Shown here in pieces: positions 51,401 to 61,363 of a stretch of DNA of 64,000 nt. The stretch is from an uncultured delta proteobacterium. Its GTDB lineage: Bacteria; Myxococcota_A; Polyangia; Polyangiales; B10-G4. A program made the translations under genes and the position numbers. The stretch is from NCBI GenBank assembly GCA_963727445.1, contig CAVSGI010000006.1, positions 320,001 through 384,000 on the forward strand, read 5' to 3'. The notes under the pieces are model-generated. The model had not been told where the DNA came from. It worked only from the letters and a program-made list of their open reading frames with translations, and made no database searches. Each line of letters opens with the position of its first letter. Within the stretch, counting starts at the first letter, position 1.

Positions 51401-53532
51401 GGAAGCGCTCCTGGATCGGGCGGGTCCGGCAGACACATCCGCGGCGGTCTCCCGCCTCGCGGAGGCGCGCGAGATGATCGGCGAACACTCGCTCACCGAG
51501 TTCGAGTCGCGCCTGACGCTCCTGTTGGCGCGCGCGCGGGGCGACACCGGCGACATCGACGGGGCGGTCGGGGATCTCGAGAAGCTCCTCGAGCGCGCGC
51601 GGGAGAGCGCGCAGGCGGAGCTCGAGTGGAGCGTCCTCGGGGCGCTGGGCAAGCTCAACGCGATGCGTGGCGCGGACTTCGTCGCGCGGCGCCAGGATCA
51701 GGAGGCGATGGAGGTGCTCGAATCCATCGCCACCAAGCTTCCGCGGGATCTGCGCGAGGCTTTCTGGCACGACCCGCGACGTCGCGAGGTGCGGCGAAGG
51801 GCAGGGCAGGGCACCACCACCAACCCGGGCCGCGCCCTGTCCAGCACCGGCATCGACGGCACCTTCCACGGCGTCGGGATCGAGGCGCGCACGGCGCGTC
51901 TCCTCGAGCTGATCAAGCGGCTCGCCAGCGAGCACGACCTCGACCGGCTTCTCGAGCGGATCACCGACTGCGCCGTGGAGCTCTCTGGCGCCGAGCGCGG
52001 CTTCGTGCTGCTGGTCGGGCGAAGACGGTAGCCTCTTGCCGCGCACCGTGCGCGACCGCCGCGCGACCGAGACGATCCCCACGTCGCGTTCTCGCAGTCC
52101 ATCGCCGAGGCGGTGCTCATCGACGGGGAGCCGATCATCACCGTGGACGCCCGCGACGATCACCGCCTGAGCGAGTACATGTCGGTGCACAAGCTCATGC
52201 TCAAGTCGGTGGCGTGCATGCCGATCCGCGGGCGGCGCGGGACCGTCGGCGTGCTCTACCTCGAGCACCGAATGCGGCGCGGCCGCTTCGACGAGGCGGA
52301 CGTCGATCTTCTCTTTGCCTTCGCCGACCAGGCGGCCATCGCCATCGAGAACGCCCGGCTGCTCGCGGCGATGGAGACGCAGCGCGAGGCGCTCGAAGAG
52401 GCGAACGAGGAGCTCGCGCGGCGCCAAGGCCGAGATCGAGCGCGTCCTCGGTGGCGCGCACCGCCGAGCTCGAGGAAGCGCCAAACGCGAGGTGGAGTCG
52501 GCGCGCGCGGAGCTCAAGGGCAGCTACGAACGACACGGGATCGTGGGCGCGAGCGAGGCGATGCGCCGGGTCTTCGCCGTGATCGATCGCGTGCGCGACG
52601 CGACGATCCCGGTGGTGATCCACGGCGAGAGCGGGACCGGCAAGGAGCTCGTCGCGCGGGCCATCCACTATCGGCGGGCCCGCGTCGCGAGGGACAGTTC
52701 GTCGCGCGTGAACTGCGCGGCGATCCCGGAGGCGCTCCTCGAGAGCGAGCTCTTCGGCCACGTGAGGGGCGCGTTCACCGGCGCCGACCGCGACCGGCGC
52801 GGCGTCGTCGTCACAGGCCAGCGGCGGCACGCTCTTCCTCGACGAGGTCGGGCGACATGCCGGCCGAAGATGCAGGTCGACCTCCTCCGCGTGCTGCAGG
52901 AGAGGAAGGTGCGCCCGGTCGGCGGCGACGCGGACGAGGACGTCGACGTGCGGGTGATCGCCGCGTCGAACAAGCTCCTCAAGGACCTGGTGCAGAGCGG
53001 GGCGCTTCCGCGAGGACCTCTTCTACCGCCTCAACGTCGTCGAGCTCCGGCTGCCGCCGCTCCGCGACCGGCCGACGGACATCCCGCTGCTCTGCGAGCA
53101 CTTCCTCGCGAAGTTCGCCAAGCGCGACGACGTGGCGCCCAAGCGCATCAGCCGCGAGGCGCTCGGTCGCCTGGCGGAGCACGGCTGCCCGGGCAACGTG
53201 CGGCAGCTCGAGCACGTGCTCCTCAACGCGTGGGTGATGGTCGGAGGGGGACGTCATCGACGCCGAGGACCTCGCGCTCTCGACGACGGAGCGCGGTGAC
53301 GGTGACCGACCGGATCGCCGAGCGTCGCGGGCAGCCCGCCATGGAGGCCGCCGAGGACGGGCCGAGACGCCCGCCACCGCAGAGCTTCGAGGAGTTCAGA
53401 AGGACCGAGAAGCAGCGGATCCTCGAGGCTCTCGAGGAGCACAACTGGAACCGCGTGCGGGCGGCGAAGGCCCTCGGCATGGCGCGCCGCACCTTCTACC
53501 GGCGGCTGAAGCAGTACGACATCCTCGAGTGA
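48459..53532 (+). CDS. Multidomain Ser/Thr kinase-P-loop ATPase-TPR-GAF-sigma54 activator-HTH, with multiple frameshifts after 52015
   Basis: [30 protein letters not shown]-like helices; GAF fragments; [43 protein letters not shown] and HTH spread across frames. Confidence 0.85.
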
Positions 53533-53693
53533 TCCGGGCGTGCCCGGCGGAGTCGCGATCCCTGCTGTGCTCCGCTCCCCTCCACGAGGGCTTTGCCCAA
53601 TCCGTGGGGTGTTCCGCCGCGGTGGCGCTCCGCCTTCTCCTGGACGTGTGCCGTCCTGTGTCGGCCCTGCGCGAAGATCACGGCCTTTTTTCG

Positions 53694-53709
53694 TGGCACC
53701 AACCCTGCA
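53694..53709 (+). promoter_or_regulatory. Sigma54 (-24/-12) promoter
   Basis: TGGCAC-CAACC-CTGCA, exact GG-N10-GC spacing, 14 nt before ATG 53724. Confidence 0.7.
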
Positions 53710-53723
53710 CGTACAAGGCAACG

Positions 53724-54009
53724 ATGCGGAATCCTTCGCACGCTCGCTGCGCTCGTTCTCGCGGGGCTCCTCGCTTCGGGGTGCCTGGCGGGGCCCCAGC
53801 CGGAGCCGCCCACCGGGCAGCCGGGGAGCGATGGCGGCGGGTATGCCGACGCGAGCGGGGTTGCCGACAGCGGCGCTCCCTACGATGCCTCGGCCGGGTC
53901 CGACGGCGCCTCTCCTTCGCCCGCCGCACCGGCGGTGGCGCCGACCGTCCGGGTTCCGCTGCCCTCTTCGCCGCTTCCGCTACCCCCACTGCCGACTTCC
54001 GAGGATTGA
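53724..54009 (+). CDS. Small low-complexity lipoprotein (apparent one-base insertion after codon 2)
   Basis: ATG CGG (A) ATC CTT...; corrected MRILRTLAALVLAGLLASGC lipobox followed by an S/D/A/G/P-rich body. Confidence 0.55.
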
Positions 54010-54044
54010 CGCGACCCCGCCCGTCGGCCTGCTACGCTCCCCAC

Positions 54045-54281
54045 GTGCTCAGGGTCACGGCGCTCGCCATTGTCGTCCTCTTCGCCTCGGGATGTCCGCG
54101 CAAGCCGCAGGATCCTGCGCCGGGAGACGGCACGCCATGCTCGAGCCTCGCCGACTGCAACATGGGCGCGAGCTGTGGGGAGACCCCACTCTACGCCTGC
54201 GTGGACGGTCTCTGCGAGGAGACGCCTTCGCTGACCCGCCCCTGTCCGCCGCGCGCCTTTGCGCCCGACGCCGGGATGTGA
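54045..54281 (+). CDS. Small Cys-rich lipoprotein (78 aa)
   Basis: VVLFASGC lipobox; six further Cys (CSSLADC..C..CVDGLC..C). Confidence 0.65.
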   Translation: MLRVTALAIVVLFASGCPRKPQDPAPGDGTPCSSLADCNMGASCGETPLYACVDGLCEETPSLTRPCPPRAFAPDAGM

Positions 54282-54303
54282 AGCCGGGGCGGCGCTCCGC
54301 GCA

Positions 54304-55299
54304 TCAGGTGTGGGCGTCTTCGCGGGTCTCCGGCGCTTCGGCGGTCTCGGACTCGGCCTCCGCCGCGTCGCCCTCCTCGTCATCGTCGTCGCCCTCGGTG
54401 CCGTCTCGCTGTCGTCGGCGATACTCCGGCGCCTGACCCGGCGCGGAGGTGTCCACCCAGTACGCGCGCTCCTCGCGCACGTCGACGTGGACGAAGCGGC
54501 TCTCGGGATAGAAGCCCACCCCCACGCGGTCGAGGGTGCGTGCGTAGTCGCGGATGGCGGCGATGGGGACCCCGCGAATGCGCATGTCCATCGCGCGTCC
54601 CTGGGTGTGGCGGCTGGTTTCACGCGTGTATCCGCCTGCCTGCCGAAAGCCGCTGATCACGTAGATCGGGCGTCCCCCGAAGTGATCGCTGATCTGCGCG
54701 AGCACCTGGACCAGGCGCCGATGGGGCTCGTGCGTGTGCCGCGAGTTGCGCTCGCGCATCAGGGGTGCGAGGCGGCGGACGGCCGCGCGGCGCGCGCGCC
54801 CGCCTCTGTCCACGAGCCTGAGGCGCATCTCGATCTCCGGCCGGATGCGGATGAAGCTCACGACGCCGGGGTTGCGGGGCGATCCCCAGCGTGCCTCGGC
54901 GCGCTCGCGCTCCTCGTCGGCCTCTCGTCCTGGCAGGACGAGGCGCTGGCCGACCCGGATCGCGGCGTTCGGGCGGATGCGGTTGGCGCGCGCCAAGGAC
55001 TGGATGGAGACGTCGTGGTCGGCGGCGATCTCCGAGAGCGACTCCCCCGGCTGGACGTAGTGCACACCCCGGTCTGGGATGCGGATCTCCTGGCCTTCAC
55101 GCAGCCGATCGCTCCGGCTCATCCGGTTGGCGGCCAAGAGGTCGTTCACCGCGACCCGGTGGCGTTGGGCGATGCGTGCTGGGGTGTCCCCACGGCGAAC
55201 GCGATAGCTCCGGTCGGCAGCCGAAGGGCGAGGCGAGATCAGTGCCAGGGCGGTGCAGACCGCCACGAAAGTCAGCGTGCTCGTTACCCAGCGCCTCAC
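54304..55299 (-). CDS. LysM x2 + peptidase M15A (YcbK/DUF882-like) peptidoglycan endopeptidase
   Basis: YRVRRGDT, YVQPGESL (LysM); VISGFR, SRHTQGRAMD, GVGFYP..FVHVD. Confidence 0.88.
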   Translation of the reverse strand: MRRWVTSTLTFVAVCTALALISPRPSAADRSYRVRRGDTPARIAQRHRVAVNDLLAANRMSRSDRLREGQEIRIPDRGVHYVQPGESLSEIAADHDVSIQSLARANRIRPNAAIRVGQRLVLPGREADEERERAEARWGSPRNPGVVSFIRIRPEIEMRLRLVDRGGRARRAAVRRLAPLMRERNSRHTHEPHRRLVQVLAQISDHFGGRPIYVISGFRQAGGYTRETSRHTQGRAMDMRIRGVPIAAIRDYARTLDRVGVGFYPESRFVHVDVREERAYWVDTSAPGQAPEYRRRQRDGTEGDDDDEEGDAAEAESETAEAPETREDAHT

Positions 55300-55445
55300 G
55301 GGGCGACGAGTATTGCGCGGACCCGAGCGAGAGCAACCGCCCCGCGTTTTTTTGACTCCAAGGCGCTGGCAGCCGAGTATCGATCTCGGTTCCGGTCGTT
55401 CTTTGACAACCGAAGATGCGCGCGACGCAAACGCCTGGTTTTTGC

Positions 55446-55564
55446 GATCTTGGGGTGTTGGGAATTAACCCCAAAGATCAATGAAGTCATACTTAAAATA
55501 CATATGAAATTAGGCGACAATTATAGAATATTGCTTGACGTTACGCGGGGATCACTCATAACCT
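55446..55564 (+). promoter_or_regulatory. AT-rich regulatory region with inverted repeat and putative sigma70 promoter upstream of the pil operon
   Basis: GATCTTGGGGT...ACCCCAAAGATC (55446-55479); AT-rich tract; TTGACG (55535) N18 TAACCT. Confidence 0.5.
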
Positions 55565-55615
55565 GCTTGCACCGAGACGATGGGGGAGACACCCCTTCGC
55601 GAGGCGACTTCCCCG

Positions 55616-55957
55616 ATGGATCAGAACGACAAGGCTGCCATACAAGTCTCCGGGTCGAAGACCCAGGCCACGGCTCGTTCTGCAAAAGGCGACAGCACTG
55701 CTCAGGAGTCGAAAGAGCCGGCCACGCCGAAGAAGAAGAAGAAGGGGAAGGGCAAGAAGCCCAACAACGTCCGGAAGATCCGCATCGAGCGGATGATGTC
55801 CAAAGCCGAGCTGGCCCGTCGCGCGAATCTATCGGTTCTCACGATCGATCGTGTCGAGAAGGGTTTCGGGTGCCGCATGGACACAAAGCGGAAGATTCTC
55901 GAGGCTCTGGGTTTGAGCCTCGCAGACCGCGTACGCGTGTTTGGCGAGGAGGAGTAA
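55616..55957 (+). CDS. XRE/Cro-type HTH regulator leading the pilMNOPQ operon
   Basis: NNVRKIRIERMMSKAELARRANLSVLTIDRVEKG; Lys-rich N-terminal extension; alternative ATG at 55580. Confidence 0.85.
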   Translation: MDQNDKAAIQVSGSKTQATARSAKGDSTAQESKEPATPKKKKKGKGKKPNNVRKIRIERMMSKAELARRANLSVLTIDRVEKGFGCRMDTKRKILEALGLSLADRVRVFGEEE

Positions 55958-55966
55958 TGCTCGTCG

Positions 55967-57022
55967 ATGGCGTCGGAAGGTAAGAACCTGGTCGGGGTCG
56001 ACATCGGGTCGAGCTCGATCAAGGTCGCGGAAATCAAAGAGGGGAGGGGAGGCAAGCGCAGCCTCGTGCGCTTCGGCTTCCACCCTCTTCCACCGCAGAC
56101 CATCGTCGACGGGGCGATCATGAACTCCGGCGCGGTGGTGGAGGGGCTCGAGAAGCTCTTCCACAAGGCCAAGCGCCGAGACGTGGCCATGCGGGCCAGC
56201 GGGCACTCGGTGATCATCAAGAAGATCACCATGCCGCTGATGACCCTGGCGGAGCTCAACGAGCAGATCGGCTGGGAGGCCGAGCAGCACATTCCCTTCG
56301 ATCTCGCGGAGGTGCAGATCGATTATCAGGTCCTGCACGAGCGCGAGGAGCAGCGCCAGATGGACGTGCTCCTCGTCGCTGCGAAGAAGGAAGAGATCAC
56401 CGATCTCACGAATCTCGCGGTCGAGGCGCGGCTCAAGCCGCGGATCGTCGACCTCGATGCCTTCACAGTGCAGAACTGCTACGAGATCGGGTATGGGGCG
56501 CCGGCTCCCGGGGATACCGTGGTCCTCATCCACGTGGGGGCGTCGCTGACGACCATCAACATCCTGTCGGACGGCACCACCTCCTTCACCCGCGACATCG
56601 CCAACGGGGGCAACGCCATCACGGAGGAGATCCAGCGTCAGCTGGGGATCAGCGCCGACGAGGCAGAGGCCTACAAGCTCGGCGGTGACGGCCGGGGCAT
56701 CGTCCCCAAGGAGGTGCCGGAGATCATCGACCAGGTGGTCGACGGCCTGGCCGGCGAGATCCAGAGGTCCTTGGACTTCTTCCTGGCGACCAGCGGGGAC
56801 CGGGAGATCACCCGCATCGCGCTCTCGGGCGGCACCGCGAACGTGCAGGCGCTGCTCGATTCCATCGGGCAGCGCTCTCGGGTTCCGGTCGAGCTTCTCG
56901 ACCCTCTCCGCGTCGCCGCCCCCGATCCCAAGAAGGTGGACCCGCTGTCGCTCCAAGGACGGACGTCCCAGGCGGTCGTGGCGATGGGGCTCGCGCTCCG
57001 AAAGGACCGGGAGCGGAACTGA
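55967..57022 (+). CDS. pilM: Type IV pilus assembly protein PilM
   Basis: VGVDIGSSSIK, WEAEQHIPF, VLLVAAKK, EIQRSLDFF, LSGG. Confidence 0.96.
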   Translation: MASEGKNLVGVDIGSSSIKVAEIKEGRGGKRSLVRFGFHPLPPQTIVDGAIMNSGAVVEGLEKLFHKAKRRDVAMRASGHSVIIKKITMPLMTLAELNEQIGWEAEQHIPFDLAEVQIDYQVLHEREEQRQMDVLLVAAKKEEITDLTNLAVEARLKPRIVDLDAFTVQNCYEIGYGAPAPGDTVVLIHVGASLTTINILSDGTTSFTRDIANGGNAITEEIQRQLGISADEAEAYKLGGDGRGIVPKEVPEIIDQVVDGLAGEIQRSLDFFLATSGDREITRIALSGGTANVQALLDSIGQRSRVPVELLDPLRVAAPDPKKVDPLSLQGRTSQAVVAMGLALRKDRERN

Positions 57023-57684
57023 TGATTCGCATCAATCTACTGCCCCAGGCGAAGAAGACGGCGGCGGTTCGCGCCCCCGTGACGCCAGGCAACACCCAGG
57101 CCTGGGCCATCGGCTATGCGGTGGCGGCTTTCGTGTGGGTGGCGGCCCTGCTCGGCATCTACCTTCTCTATGACGCCGAGCTCCAGGAGGAGCAGGCGAC
57201 GAACGCGGCGCTTCAGACGCAGATCGACCAGCTGCGCTCCAAGAGCGCGCAGCTCGAGGAGGTGCAGGCCCGGCTCGCGGCGAGCCAGCGCCTCGAGGAA
57301 GTGGTCGGCGAGCTCCACCGCGAGCGTACCGGCCCGACCCGGGTGCTGATGGAGCTCTCCAAGATCCTGAGCCCGCCTCCGGCGGGCGGCCCGACCATCG
57401 ACCCCGATGAGCTCGAGGAGATGCGGCGCGAAAACCCGCTGGCGGGGTTCAACCGCAGCTGGGATCCCCGCCGTCTCTGGCTCGGCTCCTTCACCGAGAC
57501 CGACGGCAACTGCCAGATCCGGGGGCTCGGGCGCACCAACGAGGACGTCGCGGAGTTCCTCCGGCGCCTCGCCCTCTCCGACCTCTTCACGAACGTCACG
57601 CTGACCAAGACGCAGAGCTCGCATGTCGCGGACCTGGGCCTGACCCTCATCAGCTTCGAGCTGACCTGCCAGGTGAGTTACTGA
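57022..57684 (+). CDS. pilN: Type IV pilus assembly protein PilN
   Basis: MIRINLLP, TM segment, coiled coil; gene order. Confidence 0.93.
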   Translation: MIRINLLPQAKKTAAVRAPVTPGNTQAWAIGYAVAAFVWVAALLGIYLLYDAELQEEQATNAALQTQIDQLRSKSAQLEEVQARLAASQRLEEVVGELHRERTGPTRVLMELSKILSPPPAGGPTIDPDELEEMRRENPLAGFNRSWDPRRLWLGSFTETDGNCQIRGLGRTNEDVAEFLRRLALSDLFTNVTLTKTQSSHVADLGLTLISFELTCQVSY

Positions 57685-58265
57685 TGGCCTCCGCAGGTAC
57701 CAGCTTCGCCACCCTACCGACCGGCGTGAAGTTCGGTCTCCTCGCCCTGATCCTCGCGCTGATCTCGGCGATGTACTACTTCATCTTCCACATGCCGCTC
57801 TCCGAGGAGATCGACCAGGAGCTCGCACGGCGCACTCAGCTTCAGTCCGACCTCAACGCCGCGCGTGACCGTCAACAGGAGTTCCTGCGCATCACTCAGG
57901 AGCTGGCGAGCCGCGAGGCGATGGACCGCGAGAACAAGCGCGTCCTTCCCGAGGACGCAGAGATCCCAGCCTTCCTCCAGGACCTGAATCGCCTCGCGGA
58001 GCTCTCGGGTCTGCAGATCAGCCTGGTCGAGCCCCGACCCGAAGAGCGGGAGGAGCTCTACATCCGTATTCCGGTCACCCTGGCTCTGAGTGGGCGTTTC
58101 CATCAGGTGGCCAAGTTCTTCTACAACGTCTCCCGTCTGGAGCGCGCGATCAGCATGAGCGACGTGCGGCTTCAGGAACCCCGCGTGCAGGGCGAGGAGG
58201 TGGTGCTTCGGATCAACGTGCGCGCATCCACCTTCCGCAGGCCTGCGGAGGAGGGCGCACAATGA
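57684..58265 (+). CDS. pilO: Type IV pilus assembly protein PilO
   Basis: TM, LPEDAEIPAFL, IPVTLALSGRFHQVAKFF..LER; gene order. Confidence 0.93.
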   Translation: MASAGTSFATLPTGVKFGLLALILALISAMYYFIFHMPLSEEIDQELARRTQLQSDLNAARDRQQEFLRITQELASREAMDRENKRVLPEDAEIPAFLQDLNRLAELSGLQISLVEPRPEEREELYIRIPVTLALSGRFHQVAKFFYNVSRLERAISMSDVRLQEPRVQGEEVVLRINVRASTFRRPAEEGAQ

Positions 58266-58909
58266 AGCGTGTGATCGAGCTGACGGGCCCCGGCTTCGTC
58301 CTCCTCTTCGTCGCGCTCGCCTGCGACGACCCGGTTCAGGTGGGGCAGGGGCTCGAGGGTGCTGCGGGCGCAGCACCTGCCGCGCCCGCTGCGCCCGCCG
58401 CGCCGGCGGCCCCCGTGGAGCAGGCCGACGCCGGTCTCGAGCTCCTCAGCTACGACGACGACGACTTCGTCGAGTCCGAGCGCAATCGAGATCCCTTCCG
58501 CAACTACGCGACGATGTTCAAGGTTCGCGCGCTCGAGACGCCTCAGCGCGCGGTGGTGATGCCCACCACCTCGATCGAGCAGATGCGCCTGATGGCCATC
58601 ATCAGCGGCGTCGCGCGGCCCCGCGCGATGCTCGTCGATCCCTCCGGGGTGGGCCACGTGGTGGCTCGCGGCGACTTCATCGGGCGTCCCGAGGTCGTCC
58701 AGACGGGTGGGGCGGACAGCACGCCTCTTCAGCTGAACTGGCGTGTCGACCGGATCCGCGCGAGCGAGGTGGTCCTCACGCGCGAGGACCCGACCGCCCC
58801 GGGCCGCGTGCCCCTGTCGCGCGTGATTCCGCTCTACGACGAGAACGACCGCGTCCGCGAAGGATTGACCTTCGCCGGCGAGGACACGCCTCCGCCGCCC
58901 GCAGAGTAA
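58262..58909 (+). CDS. pilP: Type IV pilus assembly lipoprotein PilP
   Basis: VALAC lipobox, PAA linker, RDPF, AMLVDPSGVGHVVARGDFIG. Confidence 0.85.
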   Translation: MKRVIELTGPGFVLLFVALACDDPVQVGQGLEGAAGAAPAAPAAPAAPAAPVEQADAGLELLSYDDDDFVESERNRDPFRNYATMFKVRALETPQRAVVMPTTSIEQMRLMAIISGVARPRAMLVDPSGVGHVVARGDFIGRPEVVQTGGADSTPLQLNWRVDRIRASEVVLTREDPTAPGRVPLSRVIPLYDENDRVREGLTFAGEDTPPPPAE

Positions 58910-59089
58910 CCAGACCGTCAGGGCCGCTTCCCGTGCCTGCGAGGCCGAGCCGAGCCGGCTGGCCACGGCAGGTGCGCTCCGTCTCGTGGCGACGCGCTGC
59001 CGTTGCGTACGGGAGGCCGCGGGCGAGGGCAGTACGACCGTTTTTTTGCGCCCTTCGAACCCCGCATCGGATGATTCGGTTGCAAAGGA

Positions 59090-61273
59090 ATGTCGATGCG
59101 CAGAAACCCCGTCGTCACCAGCCTTTTCGGGCTCGCTACGCTCACCGCGATTCTGCTTTCGCCTCTCGTGGCGAGCGCAGATCCGCCGACCATCTCGGGC
59201 GTCTCGCTTCGAGGGGAGGATGACCACGCCACCGTGGTGGTGCGTGGTGTCTTCGACGTCCCTGCGTATTCGGTGAGGGCGCTCGACGACGGACGACGAA
59301 TCGTCCTCGACGTCGAGGAGGCCGTCCTACCGGAGGGTGGCCTCACCACCGAGGGCAGCATCGCTGCCGTGACGGGTGCCACTGCCAGCACTACCGCGCG
59401 CGGCGTGCGCATCGAGCTCGCGCTCACTCGTCCCCTCCGCTACCACGCGCGGGCGGGTCGTGGTCGCATCACCCTCACCCTCGGCGACGCGAGCAGCAGC
59501 GAGCACGGCGACGCGGCCGACGACGGCCCGCCGGTCGTTCGTGACGTCCACCTCGAGCGCCGCGACGGGCGCGACCGCCTCGTGGTCGAGCTCGACCGCC
59601 CGGCCGCATTCCGCGTTCGCACCGAGGGCGACGACAGGAGCGTCCTCGAGATCCGCAACGCCGAGCTCGCCACACAGCTCGAGCGCGAGCTGCGCGGCCG
59701 CAGCGATTCCCTCGTGCGCCGGGTGCGCATCGAGAGCGGTGATGACCGCGCGATCGTCGAAGTGGATCGCGCTGCGCACGCCTCCGCCACCGCGATCCGT
59801 CAGGGCAACCGCATCGTGTGGCTCTTCGCCGACTCGGGTGCGCGGAACGCGCGCCCGTCGACGGCCACCCTCGCCCGCGAGGAAGAGCTCACCGAGATCT
59901 CGACGCCGGAGGCGGCCGCCTTCCTCAGCGACGTGCCGATGCAGGTGCGCGCGGCTCGCGGGCGTCGTCGCTACGGCGGTCGTCGCATCGACCTCGACTT
60001 CAAGGACGCCGACATCCACAACATTCTGCGTCTCCTCGCCGAGGTGGGCGGCGTCAACGTCGTGACCTCCGACGACGTCAGCGGGTCGGTCACCATCCGC
60101 ATGCGCAACGTCCCCTGGGACCAGGCGCTCGACGTGATCCTTCAGGCCAAGGGCCTCGGCATGGTGCGCCGCGGAAACCTGATCCGCGTCGCTCCTCTCG
60201 AAGCGCTCGAAAAGGAGCGCGAGGCGGCCATCGCGCGCCAGAAGCAGCGGCAACAGCTCGCGCCGCTGGAGACGCGCCTGGTGCCCGTCAGCTACGCGAC
60301 GGCCACCTCGCTGCAGCCGCGCGTCGCCGAGCTCCTCTCGGAGCGCGGCTCGGTCTCGGTCGACGAGCGCACCAACGTCCTCATCGTCCGCGACATCCTC
60401 GAGAACCTCGACGACGTCGAGGAGCTGGTGCGCACCCTCGACACCCAGACCCCGCAGGTTCTGGTCGAGGCGCGCATCGTCGAGGCGACCAGCAGCTACA
60501 CCCGCGACGTCGGCATCCAGTGGGGTGGGAGCGTCATCGCCAGCTCGGGCACCGGCAACCCGACCGGCCTGGTCTTCCCCTCGGACGTGACCGCGGCCGG
60601 TGGTGCCTACGACAACCGGGCGCCCACCGCGGGTCTGTCGCCCTTCACCCAGCGGGTGAACCCGTCGAACTATCTGGTGAACCTCCCGGCGGTGGCCGGC
60701 ACCGGGGCTGGTGGTGCGATCGGCCTGAGCCTCGGGAGCATCAACGGCAACGTGAACCTCAACGTGCGCCTGAGCGCCGCGGAGGCGAGCGGCAACGTCC
60801 GCATCATCAGCTCGCCGCGGATCCTGACCCTCGACAACCACGAGGCGTCGATCTCCTCGGGTACGATGATCCCGTACTCCCAGGTGAGCGCCCAGGGTGT
60901 TCAGACCGCCTTCCAGCGGGCCGTCCTTCAGCTCACCGTGCGCCCGCACGTGACGAGCGACGGCTCCGTCGCGATGCACGTCGCGGTCAAGCGCAACGAG
61001 CCGGACTTCAACAACACCTCGGCGCGAGGTGACCCCACGATCCTCCAGCGCCAGGCCGAGACCGATCTCCTCGTCCCCGACGGCAACACGGCGGTCATCG
61101 GCGGGATCTACCAGCGCAACACGGGTCGCAACATCGACCAGGTGCCGTTCTTCGGCGACATTCCGGTCCTGGGTCTGCTCTTCCAGCGCCGCCGCGTTCG
61201 GGACACCCGCAACGAGCTGCTCATCTTCCTGACGCCCCGCATCGTCAACCGCGCGGAGTCACTGCGGCGGTAG
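59090..61273 (+). CDS. pilQ: Type IV pilus secretin PilQ with AMIN-like N-terminal domains
   Basis: RIDLDFKDADIHNILRL, VPWDQAL, QVLVEARIVEA, VPFFGDIPVLGLLF, ELLIFLTPRIV. Confidence 0.96.
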   Translation: MSMRRNPVVTSLFGLATLTAILLSPLVASADPPTISGVSLRGEDDHATVVVRGVFDVPAYSVRALDDGRRIVLDVEEAVLPEGGLTTEGSIAAVTGATASTTARGVRIELALTRPLRYHARAGRGRITLTLGDASSSEHGDAADDGPPVVRDVHLERRDGRDRLVVELDRPAAFRVRTEGDDRSVLEIRNAELATQLERELRGRSDSLVRRVRIESGDDRAIVEVDRAAHASATAIRQGNRIVWLFADSGARNARPSTATLAREEELTEISTPEAAAFLSDVPMQVRAARGRRRYGGRRIDLDFKDADIHNILRLLAEVGGVNVVTSDDVSGSVTIRMRNVPWDQALDVILQAKGLGMVRRGNLIRVAPLEALEKEREAAIARQKQRQQLAPLETRLVPVSYATATSLQPRVAELLSERGSVSVDERTNVLIVRDILENLDDVEELVRTLDTQTPQVLVEARIVEATSSYTRDVGIQWGGSVIASSGTGNPTGLVFPSDVTAAGGAYDNRAPTAGLSPFTQRVNPSNYLVNLPAVAGTGAGGAIGLSLGSINGNVNLNVRLSAAEASGNVRIISSPRILTLDNHEASISSGTMIPYSQVSAQGVQTAFQRAVLQLTVRPHVTSDGSVAMHVAVKRNEPDFNNTSARGDPTILQRQAETDLLVPDGNTAVIGGIYQRNTGRNIDQVPFFGDIPVLGLLFQRRRVRDTRNELLIFLTPRIVNRAESLRR

Positions 61274-61319
61274 CGACTCGTCGCGTGGCCCGCGCCAAAT
61301 CGGGTATTGAGCTCTGTCG

Positions 61320-61360
61320 GTCGACCCGCGAAGATTCCTCTTCGCGGGTCGACTCGTTTC
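61320..61360 (+). terminator. Perfect 15-bp hairpin, likely terminator/attenuator after pilQ
   Basis: GTCGACCCGCGAAGA-TTCC-TCTTCGCGGGTCGAC followed by tcgtttcttc. Confidence 0.6.
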
Positions 61361-61363
61361 TTC

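Noticed and set aside
52015..53260. Programmed frameshifting in the sigma54 activator
   Set aside because: Too many scattered breaks without slippery motifs; sequence error is more parsimonious
55575..55615. Riboswitch-like hairpin upstream of the HTH gene
   Set aside because: Only a weak GGGGA/TCCCC pairing, and no recognisable aptamer consensus
58370..58412. 9-bp tandem repeat in pilP
   Set aside because: It encodes an ordinary PAA linker typical of lipoprotein tethers
58910..59089. Sigma54 promoter or sRNA between pilP and pilQ
   Set aside because: The candidate GG/GC pairs I checked have 9- or 11-nt spacing rather than 10, and there is no convincing structure
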